A program made the translations under genes and the position numbers. A stretch of 64,000 nt of DNA from an uncultured Chloroflexia bacterium. Its GTDB lineage: Bacteria; Chloroflexota; Limnocylindria; Limnocylindrales; CSP1-4. The DNA lies in contig CAVXLA010000007.1 in assembly GCA_963762445.1 (NCBI GenBank), positions 72,546 through 136,545 of the forward strand, read 5' to 3'. The notes beneath the pieces were generated by a model, which was given only the letters and a program-made list of their open reading frames with translations, was not told where the DNA came from and made no database searches. Each line of letters opens with the position of its first letter. Positions within the stretch are counted from its first letter, which is position 1. Of the stretch, positions 23,946 through 32,693 are shown piece by piece.

Positions 23946-24619
23946 CGCGCGGCCTCGGCTGCCGCGATCGCGCCCGCACCAGGCCCCGCGCCCGGCCGTC
24001 CGTCGGCGTCCGCGCCCGTCCCGCTCGTCGAGCTCGCCGGCTCGAGGCCCAGGACCCCGCGGCGGATGGCCCGCCACTCCTCGGCGAGGACGCTCATGTG
24101 GATCTCGTCGAAGAAATGGCCGTCCCGCCAGATCGCCTCGCGCGATCGCCCTTCGACGACGAACCCGACCTTGCGGTAGGAGCGGATCGCCCGCTCGTTG
24201 AAGGCGAAGACGGACAGGCCCACCCGGTGGAGCGCGAGCGTCCCGAAGGCATGGTCGAGCATGAGCGCGGTCGCCTCGGTGCCGTAGCCGCGATCCCAGC
24301 AGTCGCGCTCGCCGATCGTGATGTGGAAGAGGGCGGAGCCGTTATCCCCGTCGAGCTGCGAGAAGGCGCAGGTCCCGATGAGGCGGTCTGTCTCCCGCAG
24401 GTGGATCGCGAGGGCCAGCGAGCCCGGGCCGGCGACCCGCGCCTCGAAGAACCTCTGGACCTCGTCGGGGCGCATCGGGCCGTCCTGGTAGCGCGTGAGA
24501 CGAGCCACCTCAGGATCGGCATACCAGCGAGTGAATGCTCCCACGTTGCGCGGAACATGCGGGCGGAGGACGACCGTCCGTCCCTCGATCGCGTCGGGAA
24601 ACCAGCTCCGGGACTGCAT
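23942..24619 (-). CDS. GNAT family N-acetyltransferase (RimJ/RimL-like)
   Basis: VVLRPHVPRN..., IGERDCWDRGYGTEATALMLDHAF and VFAFNERAIRSYRKVGF. Confidence 0.85.
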   Translation of the reverse strand: MQSRSWFPDAIEGRTVVLRPHVPRNVGAFTRWYADPEVARLTRYQDGPMRPDEVQRFFEARVAGPGSLALAIHLRETDRLIGTCAFSQLDGDNGSALFHITIGERDCWDRGYGTEATALMLDHAFGTLALHRVGLSVFAFNERAIRSYRKVGFVVEGRSREAIWRDGHFFDEIHMSVLAEEWRAIRRGVLGLEPASSTSGTGADADGRPGAGPGAGAIAAAEAAR

Positions 24620-24671
24620 CTCGAGGGCGAGCGTATACCATCGCGACGGCCGCCTGACAGGGGAGCATCAC

Positions 24672-26393
24672 ATGCGCCGTTGGAGCGAGGTCGGGCAGCG
24701 GATCGCCGCCACGACGCGGACCTCGGAGAAGACCCGCCTCCTCGCCGACTACCTCGCCACGCTCGACCGGGGCTCCCTCGCGCCGGCCGTGGTCTTCTTC
24801 TCGGGGCGGCCGTTCGCCGAGGCCGACGCGCGGGCGCTCGGCCTGGGCTGGGCGACGCTCGCGGACGCCGTCGTGCGCGTCGCCGGGGTGTCGCGCGCGG
24901 AGCTCGGCGCCGCCTACGACCGCCATTCGGACCTGGGCCGGGCGGTCGGCGAGGTGCTCGCCGCGCGGACGGTCGACGCCGGCGGATTGCCGGACGCGCC
25001 CTCCGTCGCCGAGGTCGCGGCCGCGTTCGCCGAGATCGAGGCGGCCCGCGGGCCGGCCGCGAAGGCGGCGATCTTCGAGGCGCTCCTCCGCCGCTGCGAC
25101 CCGCTGACGGCGACGTACGTCGTGAAGATCCTCGGCGGGGAGATGCGGATCGGGCTCCGGGAGGGCCTGGTGGAGGCGGCGCTCGCCCGCGCGTTCGGAC
25201 GCCCGGCGGCCGCGCTCGCCCGTGCGGCCATGCTGACCGGCGACCTCGGCGAGGCCGCGCTGCTCGCCCTCGACGACCGGCTGGACGAGGCTCGCCTCCG
25301 CCTGTTCCACCCGATCCGCTTCATGCTGGCATCGCCGGCGGAGAACGCGGCCGAGATCGTCTCGCGGCTGGGGCCCGAGGTCTGGACCGAGGACAAGTAC
25401 GACGGCATCCGCGCCCAGCTCCACCGCCGGGCCGACGAGGTGCGCCTCTACTCGCGAGACCTCCACGACGTGACGCGGCAGTTCCCCGAGGTGGCCGCCG
25501 CGGCCCGCGGGCTGCCATGGGACGGGATCGTGGACGGCGAGCTGCTGGCCTTCCGGGACGGGACGGTCCTGCCCTTCCTCGCCCTGCAGAAGCGCCTGGG
25601 CCGGAAGGCGCCTCCGGTGGCGATGCTCGAGGAGGTCCCCGTCGCCTTCGTCGCTTTCGACCTGCTCGCGGCCGGGCCCCGCGGCGGCGAGGTGGCCCCC
25701 CTCCTGGAGCTGCCGCTTCGCGAGCGCCGGGCGCGGCTCGAAGCGCTGGACCTGCCCGGGGCCGACGCGGACCGCTTCGCGCTCAGCCTCCTGGCGACGG
25801 CCGGATCCACCGACGACCTGGAGCGCATCTTCGCCGAGGCGCGGGCACGCCGGAACGAGGGGCTCATGGTCAAGGACCCCGGGAGCGCGTACTCGCCCGG
25901 ACGGCGCGGCTACGGCTGGCTGAAGATGAAGAAGGCGCTGGCCACCATCGACTGCGTGGTGGTCGGTGTCGAGGTGGGCCACGGCAAGCGCCACGGGCTC
26001 CTGTCCGACTACACGTTCGCGGTGCGCGACGAGGTGGCAGGCGCGCTGGTCACGATCGGCAAGGCGTACTCGGGCCTGACCGACGCCGAGATCGCCGACC
26101 TCACGCGCTGGTTCGAGGGCCACACGATCTCCCGCCACGGGCGCTACCGGGTGGTGGAGCCGGCGATCGTCGTCGAGGTCGCGTTCGACGTCATCATGCG
26201 CTCGGCCCGCCACGCGTCCGGCTTCGCCCTGCGGTTTCCCCGGATCGCCCGGGTGCGCGACGACAAGGCCGTCGCGGAGATCGACACGCTGGCCACGGTC
26301 GCGCGCCTCTGGAGCGGGCTGCAGCACGGCGCGGAGCACCTCGTCACCCAGGGGGCCGCGGCCGACCGGAGGCCCGGCCCGGCGACCGGATAG
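24672..26393 (+). CDS. ATP-dependent DNA ligase (LigB/Cdc9-like)
   Basis: Adenylation motif I EDKYDGIRAQ (active-site Lys), GLMVKD, WLKMKK, and an N-terminal DNA-binding domain. Start at ATG 24672 (MRRWSEV). Confidence 0.9.
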   Translation: MRRWSEVGQRIAATTRTSEKTRLLADYLATLDRGSLAPAVVFFSGRPFAEADARALGLGWATLADAVVRVAGVSRAELGAAYDRHSDLGRAVGEVLAARTVDAGGLPDAPSVAEVAAAFAEIEAARGPAAKAAIFEALLRRCDPLTATYVVKILGGEMRIGLREGLVEAALARAFGRPAAALARAAMLTGDLGEAALLALDDRLDEARLRLFHPIRFMLASPAENAAEIVSRLGPEVWTEDKYDGIRAQLHRRADEVRLYSRDLHDVTRQFPEVAAAARGLPWDGIVDGELLAFRDGTVLPFLALQKRLGRKAPPVAMLEEVPVAFVAFDLLAAGPRGGEVAPLLELPLRERRARLEALDLPGADADRFALSLLATAGSTDDLERIFAEARARRNEGLMVKDPGSAYSPGRRGYGWLKMKKALATIDCVVVGVEVGHGKRHGLLSDYTFAVRDEVAGALVTIGKAYSGLTDAEIADLTRWFEGHTISRHGRYRVVEPAIVVEVAFDVIMRSARHASGFALRFPRIARVRDDKAVAEIDTLATVARLWSGLQHGAEHLVTQGAAADRRPGPATG

Positions 26394-26399
26394 GAGCCC

Positions 26400-26475
26400 G
26401 CGGTGCTCGACCGCGCCGTGCTTCGCTCCGGCACCCATGCGCGGCTGCGCCGGCCGGCGGTGCTCGACCGCGCCG
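26400..26475. repeat. 19-bp perfect direct repeat pair (gcggtgctcgaccgcgccg)
   Basis: Copies at 26400-26418 and 26457-26475, in the intergenic region downstream of the ligase gene. Confidence 0.85.
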
Positions 26476-26527
26476 CCATCCGCAGCTGTTCGTTTGCCTG
26501 CAAGGTCGGGGCGTCTAGACTGCCGCC

Positions 26528-27112
26528 ATGAGCCTGCCCTTCGACCCGCTGGGGAGCCTGCGCGCGGTCCCGCTGACGCTCTACACGGAGCTGCTCGTCG
26601 TCCGGGGGGCGATCCAGACCCACCAGCACCGGGTCACCGACATCCTCAACCAGGCAGAGGAGCCCCACCTCGTCCTCGAGGACGTGACGATCGAGGAGTA
26701 CGGGTCCACCGAGCCGCCGCTCCGCGCCGAGTTCGCCCAGGTGAACCTGGCGTCGGTCCTCTTCGCCGTCTCGCTCACCGCGGTCGAGCCGATCCGCGAG
26801 CTGCGGACGCCGAAGATCAGCGAGCGCGCGCTCCTCTCGGTGCCCCCCTTCCGGGTCGTCGGCCAGATCCACGTCCTGCCCGAGCGCAGCCTGCGCGAGA
26901 GCCTGGCCGAGCTCCACGGGGCCTTCATCCCGGTCACCGACGCCACCTTCTGGGCCGACCGGGTCGGGGAGGCGCGGCAGTCCGTCGCCTTCGTCGGCGT
27001 GAACCGCGCCCGGGCGCAGGTCTTCGCGCCGTTCCGCGAGGTCGACCTGTGGGCGGGTGTCGGCCACGCCGCCGACCAGATCGAGGAGCCGGAGCCGCCC
27101 GCGGCGGGCTGA
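26528..27112 (+). CDS. Hypothetical protein
   Basis: Non-repetitive 194-aa product with high GC3. No family motif recognised. Confidence 0.6.
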   Translation: MSLPFDPLGSLRAVPLTLYTELLVVRGAIQTHQHRVTDILNQAEEPHLVLEDVTIEEYGSTEPPLRAEFAQVNLASVLFAVSLTAVEPIRELRTPKISERALLSVPPFRVVGQIHVLPERSLRESLAELHGAFIPVTDATFWADRVGEARQSVAFVGVNRARAQVFAPFREVDLWAGVGHAADQIEEPEPPAAG

Positions 27113-27172
27113 CCGCGGGGCGAGGGCGCGTCGCCGAGTCGGCGCCGCTGAACGCTCGGCCCGCCGTGACGG

Positions 27173-28906
27173 TCAGTTGCCGGCAGGCGCCGCGGAACCC
27201 GCGTCCTGCGGCCGGGACGCCACAAGCGGCCAGCGGATACCCTCCGGCACGCTGCCCTGGCCGCTGATGAACGGCGCCGTGACCGGCAGCACTTTCTCCA
27301 CGTGGCAGCGGGCGCAGTAGACCGGCTGGTGGCAGTAGGCGCAGGACTGGTTGCCCGCCTCGCGGATCGCCTGCGCGTGGTTTGTCAGCATCTCGTCGTG
27401 CTTCACGTTCACGGCGCCCGTCTGGTGGCAGTTGAGGCAGTAGTCCCGGGCATGGCACTCGCCGCAGCTCTGACTGCCAGGATCCAGGGAGGTGGCCACG
27501 TTCTTGTGGTTGAAGACGTAAAGCGGGTCGTCGTGCGTCGAGGGCGGCTCCCCGAGCGGCAGGCTGGCGACGGCGATCCCGATCTGGGGGAACGTGTGGC
27601 ACGTGTCGCACGTCGCCGGGATGACCTCCTCCTGGACGACCCCGTCCTTCACGAGGTGGTGCCCGCCGTCGTGGCAGCGGAAGCAGCCCGGGAAGTCGAG
27701 GTGGCCGAGGAAGTCGGGGTAGCTCGCGGCCGAGACCTTCATGTCCGGCGTCGCCGACAGGCGGTAGAGGATCTTGATCTGGGCGATCGCCTGGTCGATG
27801 GCGATCTTCTGCGTCGCGGCCACGGTCGGGTAGCGGAGCTCGTAGAAGCTGCGCAGCTTGTCCGCCTCGGCGTCGGCGGCCGTCGCGTCCGGGTAGATGG
27901 ACCAGAGGATCCGGAGACCCTCGCGCTTGATCCAGGGGAGCGACGGGTCGATGCGGCCGGCGGCAAGGTCGGCGTCGAGGCTGCGGCGCGGGTTGGGGAT
28001 CGGGTGGCCCACGCGGTTGTGGCAGTTAAGGCAGTCCATGGTCCGGCCCTTCTCGGCCGCCTTGAGGCGGTCGATGTCGGGCTGGACATCCTCTGACACC
28101 TCCACCTGGTCCTGGGCGACGAACTCCTTGACGGTCCCGTCGTCCTCCGTGACCGCGACGTAGTCGATCTTCTCGGCGTTCTCGTCCGGTGTCCGGAACT
28201 CGACGTGGCGGAGCACGTGCCAGTGGACGCTGCGCTTGACGTCGAAGACGTCGCCCGAGCCGGGCCGGATCATCAGGCCCACGAACTGGCGGGTGTTGGC
28301 CTCGTCCTCGGTGAAGGAGGTCCGGGTGATCAGGTTCGCCGTGGCGAGCCGCTCCAGCGAGTGGCAGCGCAGGCAGGTGTCGTTCACCGACGGCAGGGCG
28401 CTGTGGTCCGGCGGCGGCACGGGCTTGGGATAGAGCCCGGTGATCACCTGGATCAGCTGGCGGGTCCCGTTCAGCTTGGCCTTGATCCAGCCGTCGACGC
28501 CGGGCTCCACGTGGCACTCGCCGCAGGTGACGTCGCGGTGTGGTCCCGCGTCGTAGGCGGCCAGCTCGGGGCCCATCTGGTGGCAGCGCCCGCAGAAGTC
28601 GGCCGTCTCCGTCCAGTGGATGAGCGAGACGCTGGTCCAGACGCCGGCGAAGGCGAAGGCGCCCACGACGAGCAGGAGGGCGAAGATCCCGCGGCGGGTG
28701 CGCGGCAGCCGGACGTGGATCGAGCGGCCGCGGAGGCGGTGCCGCGTGGGGACCGCCGCCTCTTTCGCGGGGGCTGCCTCGCCGTCGAGGTCGGCCGCGT
28801 CGACCGGGATGCCCGCGTCGAGCTCCGTCGAGACGTCCGGGTGCGCGGCGCTCCGGGTGCCGTCGACCGGCTCGTCGGCGGGGGCAGGCGTTCCGGGCTC
28901 GCTCAT
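27173..28906 (-). CDS. Membrane-anchored decahaem c-type cytochrome with an N-terminal NapC/NirT(NrfH)-like module
   Basis: One TM helix (IFALLLVVGAFAFAGVWTSVSLI). Ten CxxCH motifs: CGRCH, CGECH, CLRCH, CLNCH, CFRCH, CDTCH, CGECH, CLNCH, CAYCH and CARCH. The first four follow the NapC/NirT arrangement directly after the TM helix. Confidence 0.85.
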   Translation of the reverse strand: MSEPGTPAPADEPVDGTRSAAHPDVSTELDAGIPVDAADLDGEAAPAKEAAVPTRHRLRGRSIHVRLPRTRRGIFALLLVVGAFAFAGVWTSVSLIHWTETADFCGRCHQMGPELAAYDAGPHRDVTCGECHVEPGVDGWIKAKLNGTRQLIQVITGLYPKPVPPPDHSALPSVNDTCLRCHSLERLATANLITRTSFTEDEANTRQFVGLMIRPGSGDVFDVKRSVHWHVLRHVEFRTPDENAEKIDYVAVTEDDGTVKEFVAQDQVEVSEDVQPDIDRLKAAEKGRTMDCLNCHNRVGHPIPNPRRSLDADLAAGRIDPSLPWIKREGLRILWSIYPDATAADAEADKLRSFYELRYPTVAATQKIAIDQAIAQIKILYRLSATPDMKVSAASYPDFLGHLDFPGCFRCHDGGHHLVKDGVVQEEVIPATCDTCHTFPQIGIAVASLPLGEPPSTHDDPLYVFNHKNVATSLDPGSQSCGECHARDYCLNCHQTGAVNVKHDEMLTNHAQAIREAGNQSCAYCHQPVYCARCHVEKVLPVTAPFISGQGSVPEGIRWPLVASRPQDAGSAAPAGN

Positions 28907-28931
28907 CTGGATGACTCCGTCGGTCGTCTCG

Positions 28932-29537
28932 TCAGCCGTTGACCAGCTGCGAGACGAGCTGATCCATGTCGGCCGGCGTCAACCGCCCGATCCGCACGTC
29001 GCGGATCGTCCCGTCGCGCCCGACGAAGAAGTGGATCGGGATGCCGTAGGTCCGGTAGAGGTCGGCGATCGTCCCCTGGGGGTCGGCCACCAGCGGGAAG
29101 GTGAAGCCCACCCGCCTCGCGTAGTCGCTGACGGCAGCCTGGTCCTCGTCGATGAAGACCCCCAGGACGGCCAGCCCCTGCGGCTGGTACTTGACGTAGG
29201 CGGCCTGGAGGTCGGTGGCCTCCGCCCGGCAGTCCGGGCACCAGCTGGCCCCGAACGTCAGCCACGTGGGCTGGCCCTTCAGGGCGGCCATGGAGACCGC
29301 CGAGCCGTCGATCGCCGTCCCCGAGAAGTCCGGGGGCGTGTCGCCGACGCGCGGGGGCGCCCCCACCGGGGCCGCGCCGGGCCGGACGTTGGGGCCGCCC
29401 GAGGGCTGGTCCACGAACCAGGCCGCGGCGACCAGGAGAACCGCCACGACGGCCAGGACGAGGACTGTCCGCAGCCGGCCCGCGCCGAGACCGGAGGGCC
29501 GCGTCGCGGGGACCGGCACTGCATCCATGAGCGTCAC
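28932..29537 (-). CDS. resA: Thiol:disulfide oxidoreductase (ResA/TlpA/CcmG-like thioredoxin)
   Basis: TM anchor plus the thioredoxin fold motif FGASWCPDCRAE. Sits in a System II ccs context. Confidence 0.85.
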   Translation of the reverse strand: MTLMDAVPVPATRPSGLGAGRLRTVLVLAVVAVLLVAAAWFVDQPSGGPNVRPGAAPVGAPPRVGDTPPDFSGTAIDGSAVSMAALKGQPTWLTFGASWCPDCRAEATDLQAAYVKYQPQGLAVLGVFIDEDQAAVSDYARRVGFTFPLVADPQGTIADLYRTYGIPIHFFVGRDGTIRDVRIGRLTPADMDQLVSQLVNG

Positions 29538-29556
29538 TCCCGTCGTCGGCCGGGGC

Positions 29557-30441
29557 TCAGCCGAGGCCGGAGTAGCTGTGGAGCCCGCCGAAGAAGAGGT
29601 TGCCGAAGTACGTCATGAGCGTGGCGCCGAAGCCGACGAGCAGGAGGATCGCCGCCTTGTTGCCCCGCCAGCCGCGGACGACGCGGGCGTGGAGGTAGGC
29701 ACCGTAGATGAACCAGGTCACGAGCGACGCGGTCTCCTTGGGGTCCCAGCCCCAGTAGCGGCCCCAGGCCACGTCGGCCCACAGGGCGCCGAGGACGATC
29801 GTGAGGGTGAGGAAGGGGAAGCCGACGACGATCGCCCGGTAGCCGATCTCGTCGAGGACCTGCGGCTTGGGGAGCCCCCAGCGGCCGGTCTCGGGCTGGA
29901 TGAGGTAGAGGAGGGCTGCCGCGAAGGCGATCGTGAAGGAGCCGTAGGCGACGATCGCCGTGGCGACGTGAACGGAGAGAAGGAGGTTGTTCTGGAGCGC
30001 CGGGACGAGCGGCTCGATGTCGGCCGGGATCGTCAGGGCGTAGCCCAGGAGGGCGAGGGCGACGGGGAATGCCAGCAGGCCCAGGACGCGCTGGTGGTAC
30101 TTGCGCTCGAACCAGAGGTAGGCGCCGAGGATCCCGAACGCGAAGGCGACGGAGAACTCGTACATGTTGGAGAAGGGCCCGTGGCCGGTGGCGATGGTGC
30201 GGAAGACGAGGCTCGCGCCCAGCAGGAGGAAGCCCAGCCACCCCAGGATCGTGGCGTAGTGCCCGATCGAGGCGGTCCGGGGCCCGGACACGAAGCCCAC
30301 GCGGCCGGTGGACATCGGCACGCCCGCGGCGGCGAGCCGGGCGGCCCGCACGCCGGAGACGGCGTAGAGGACGTACGCGATCAGGGCCAGGGCCGTCATC
30401 GCGATCCCTGCTTCGAGGGAGTAGATGGCCATCTTTTCCAT
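29557..30441 (-). CDS. ccsA: Cytochrome c biogenesis protein CcsA/ResC
   Basis: AGGAG RBS. Trp-rich haem-handling motif WGRYWGWDPKETASL. Multi-TM. Confidence 0.9.
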   Translation of the reverse strand: MEKMAIYSLEAGIAMTALALIAYVLYAVSGVRAARLAAAGVPMSTGRVGFVSGPRTASIGHYATILGWLGFLLLGASLVFRTIATGHGPFSNMYEFSVAFAFGILGAYLWFERKYHQRVLGLLAFPVALALLGYALTIPADIEPLVPALQNNLLLSVHVATAIVAYGSFTIAFAAALLYLIQPETGRWGLPKPQVLDEIGYRAIVVGFPFLTLTIVLGALWADVAWGRYWGWDPKETASLVTWFIYGAYLHARVVRGWRGNKAAILLLVGFGATLMTYFGNLFFGGLHSYSGLG

Positions 30442-30451
30442 GGTTCCGCTC

Positions 30452-31912
30452 CTAGCTCCGCGCCTGGGCCGACACGGCCTGGCGGATCTCCGTGACGATG
30501 GTGGTGAACTCGGTGTCGAAGCCGGTGTCGCGGCGGCCGACCGCAGCCAGGGAGAGGGAGGTGCCGCCGCCCGGCCGCGCCACGAGGCGGCCCCAGATGC
30601 GCCGGTACGGGACGTAGAGGCGGATGACGAACCCGACGATCAGGAGGACGCAGCCGAGCCAGACGAGGGGCGTCCCGGGGTCGTTGGCGACGCTCAGGCC
30701 GGTGAACTTGGTTTCGCGGTCGAAGGTGAAGACCAGGCCCTCGATCGTCGTCGCGACGCCCTGGTCGATCGCCTGCTGGGTCACCGCGTCGCCGGTGTCG
30801 GAGCGGTAGAGCTCCACCGCGACCTGGCCCGGCTTGACGCTCGGGTCGTTGGGTCCCGTGGTGGCCACGATCCAGGCCGTCAGGTCCTGGCCCGGGACAG
30901 TGAACGAGCCGACCTTGTTACCGCCGTTGTTGGAGGTCCAGGCGAGCGGGACGCCCTCCGAGTAGAGGGTCGAGCCGGCGGCGTCCTTCACGGTCACGAC
31001 GGCGGCCGGGCCGAAGAACGCCTGAAAGAACGACATGCCCCGGTAGCGGAGCGGCTCGTTGACCCGGACCTGCTGCTGGGCGGCGACCTGGCCGTCCTGG
31101 GTCACCGTGATGTCGCTGACGTAGTCGAGCGGGGCGCCCGTTGTCGTGTTGTAGGTGTCCTTGAAGGAGTTCAGGGTGATCGTCGCCCCGGGCACCGTCG
31201 GGATCGCGGAGGTGGCGCCCTCGGCCAGCATGAACTGCGCGTCGCGGAAGCCCCACATGGAGCCGACCAGCGCGCCGGCAAGGATCACCACGATGGCGAC
31301 GTGGGCCACCAGGCCTGCCCAGGGAGCCCAGCTGTTCCGGACGGCGTAGAGGTGGACGGTGCCGTCGTCCTCCGTGATCGTGCCGTAGTGGTGGCGCTTG
31401 AAGACCTGTCCGGCCTCGGCGAGGACCTCGTCCGGCTTCCGCTGGAAGGTCATGGCCTCGTGCTGGGGCGCGTGCTCGAAGAAGGCCGGGCCAACGTCTA
31501 CGTGCGGCTTCCGCGTCGTCCGCCAGGTGCCCGGGATCCGGTGCACGGTGCAGGCGATCAGCGACGCGGCCAGGAGGGCCCCGATGACCCGCACCCAGAC
31601 CGAGGTGAAGATCTCGAAGACCTGGAGGCGGTCCATGAGGTCCGTCCAGCCGCCGAAGCGGGGCCGGATCTCGGCCAGCCAGCCGGCCTTGGCCTGCGGG
31701 TCGTCGGAGATGCCGGCCGGCGCCTGGATGACCAGGGTCCCGACCAGCGTCAGGGCCGCGAAGACGAGCATCAGGACGAGGGCCAGCTTCATCGAGGTGA
31801 GGAAGTGCCAGAGCCTGTCCAGCGCGGAGTCCACGGCGCCCATGCGCTCGGCGGCGCCCGGGGCCGGCACCGGGCCGCCCGGGAGCTCGTGGGTAGCTGC
31901 GTTCTGGGTCAT
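30452..31912 (-). CDS. resB: Cytochrome c biogenesis protein ResB/Ccs1
   Basis: GGAGG RBS. N-terminal SMKLALVLMLVFA TM helix, a large extracytoplasmic domain and C-terminal TM helices. Position between ccdA and ccsA. Confidence 0.85.
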   Translation of the reverse strand: MTQNAATHELPGGPVPAPGAAERMGAVDSALDRLWHFLTSMKLALVLMLVFAALTLVGTLVIQAPAGISDDPQAKAGWLAEIRPRFGGWTDLMDRLQVFEIFTSVWVRVIGALLAASLIACTVHRIPGTWRTTRKPHVDVGPAFFEHAPQHEAMTFQRKPDEVLAEAGQVFKRHHYGTITEDDGTVHLYAVRNSWAPWAGLVAHVAIVVILAGALVGSMWGFRDAQFMLAEGATSAIPTVPGATITLNSFKDTYNTTTGAPLDYVSDITVTQDGQVAAQQQVRVNEPLRYRGMSFFQAFFGPAAVVTVKDAAGSTLYSEGVPLAWTSNNGGNKVGSFTVPGQDLTAWIVATTGPNDPSVKPGQVAVELYRSDTGDAVTQQAIDQGVATTIEGLVFTFDRETKFTGLSVANDPGTPLVWLGCVLLIVGFVIRLYVPYRRIWGRLVARPGGGTSLSLAAVGRRDTGFDTEFTTIVTEIRQAVSAQARS

Positions 31913-31925
31913 GCGTGTGCCTCCG

Positions 31926-32693
31926 TCAGCCGCCGAGCGGCGCCGTGATTGCCGCGAGACGCGCCAGCAGGTTGGTGACCATGAGGACGCCGAGCACGAT
32001 CAGCAAAGCCCCGCTCACGAGCGAGACGGCGCGGTGGTGGCGCCCGACCCAGCCGAGCCGGCGGGCGACCCACGTCGCGCCCATCGCGACGGCAAGGAAC
32101 GGCACGGCGAGGCCGGCCGCGTAGGCAAGGAGAAGGACGGTGCCCTGGGCCACGCTGGCGGTCGAGGATGCGAGGCCGATAATCCCGCCCAGGATCGGTC
32201 CGATGCAGGGGCTCCAGCCGGCGGCGAAGACGACGCCGAAGAGGAGCGAACGGCCGTAGCCGGGGGCCCCCACGCCGGTCCCGCCGCCGAGGGCGACGGT
32301 CCCGCCGCCAATCGTGGCGCCGCCCAGGGCCGCCCCGCCGAAGACGGGCATGGGCCGCGTGTCGCGCCATAGGGCCCGCACGTTGATCACGCCGGCGACC
32401 TGCAGCCCCAGGACCACCAGGACCGCGCCGCCGATCATGCGCAGGTACTTCGCGTTGTCGGCGAGGGCGTAGCCGATCGCCCCGATGGAGGCCCAGAAGG
32501 CGACGAAGACGATCGTGAAGCCGGCGACGAAGGCCAGGCCGTGGAGGAGACTCCGGCGGCGGTCGGCCTCGCCGGTGGCGCCCACCATGTACCCGATGTA
32601 GGCGGGCACGAGCGGCAGGCAGCACGGCGAGGCGAAGGAGACGACGCCGGCAAGGAAGGCGACGACGAGGCCGATCCCGGCCCCGACGGTCAT
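31926..32693 (-). CDS. ccdA: Cytochrome c biogenesis thiol-reductant transporter CcdA (DsbD family)
   Basis: SFASPCCLPLVPAYIGY and AGWSPCIGPILGGI, the two conserved Cys-containing TM motifs. Confidence 0.9.
   Translation of the reverse strand: MTVGAGIGLVVAFLAGVVSFASPCCLPLVPAYIGYMVGATGEADRRRSLLHGLAFVAGFTIVFVAFWASIGAIGYALADNAKYLRMIGGAVLVVLGLQVAGVINVRALWRDTRPMPVFGGAALGGATIGGGTVALGGGTGVGAPGYGRSLLFGVVFAAGWSPCIGPILGGIIGLASSTASVAQGTVLLLAYAAGLAVPFLAVAMGATWVARRLGWVGRHHRAVSLVSGALLIVLGVLMVTNLLARLAAITAPLGG

Noticed and set aside
23560-24201. 213-aa plus-strand ORF overlapping the GNAT 3' end.
   Set aside because: It is antisense to the motif-bearing GNAT gene and the coupled small ORF, and its product is Ala/Arg/Ser/Pro low complexity.
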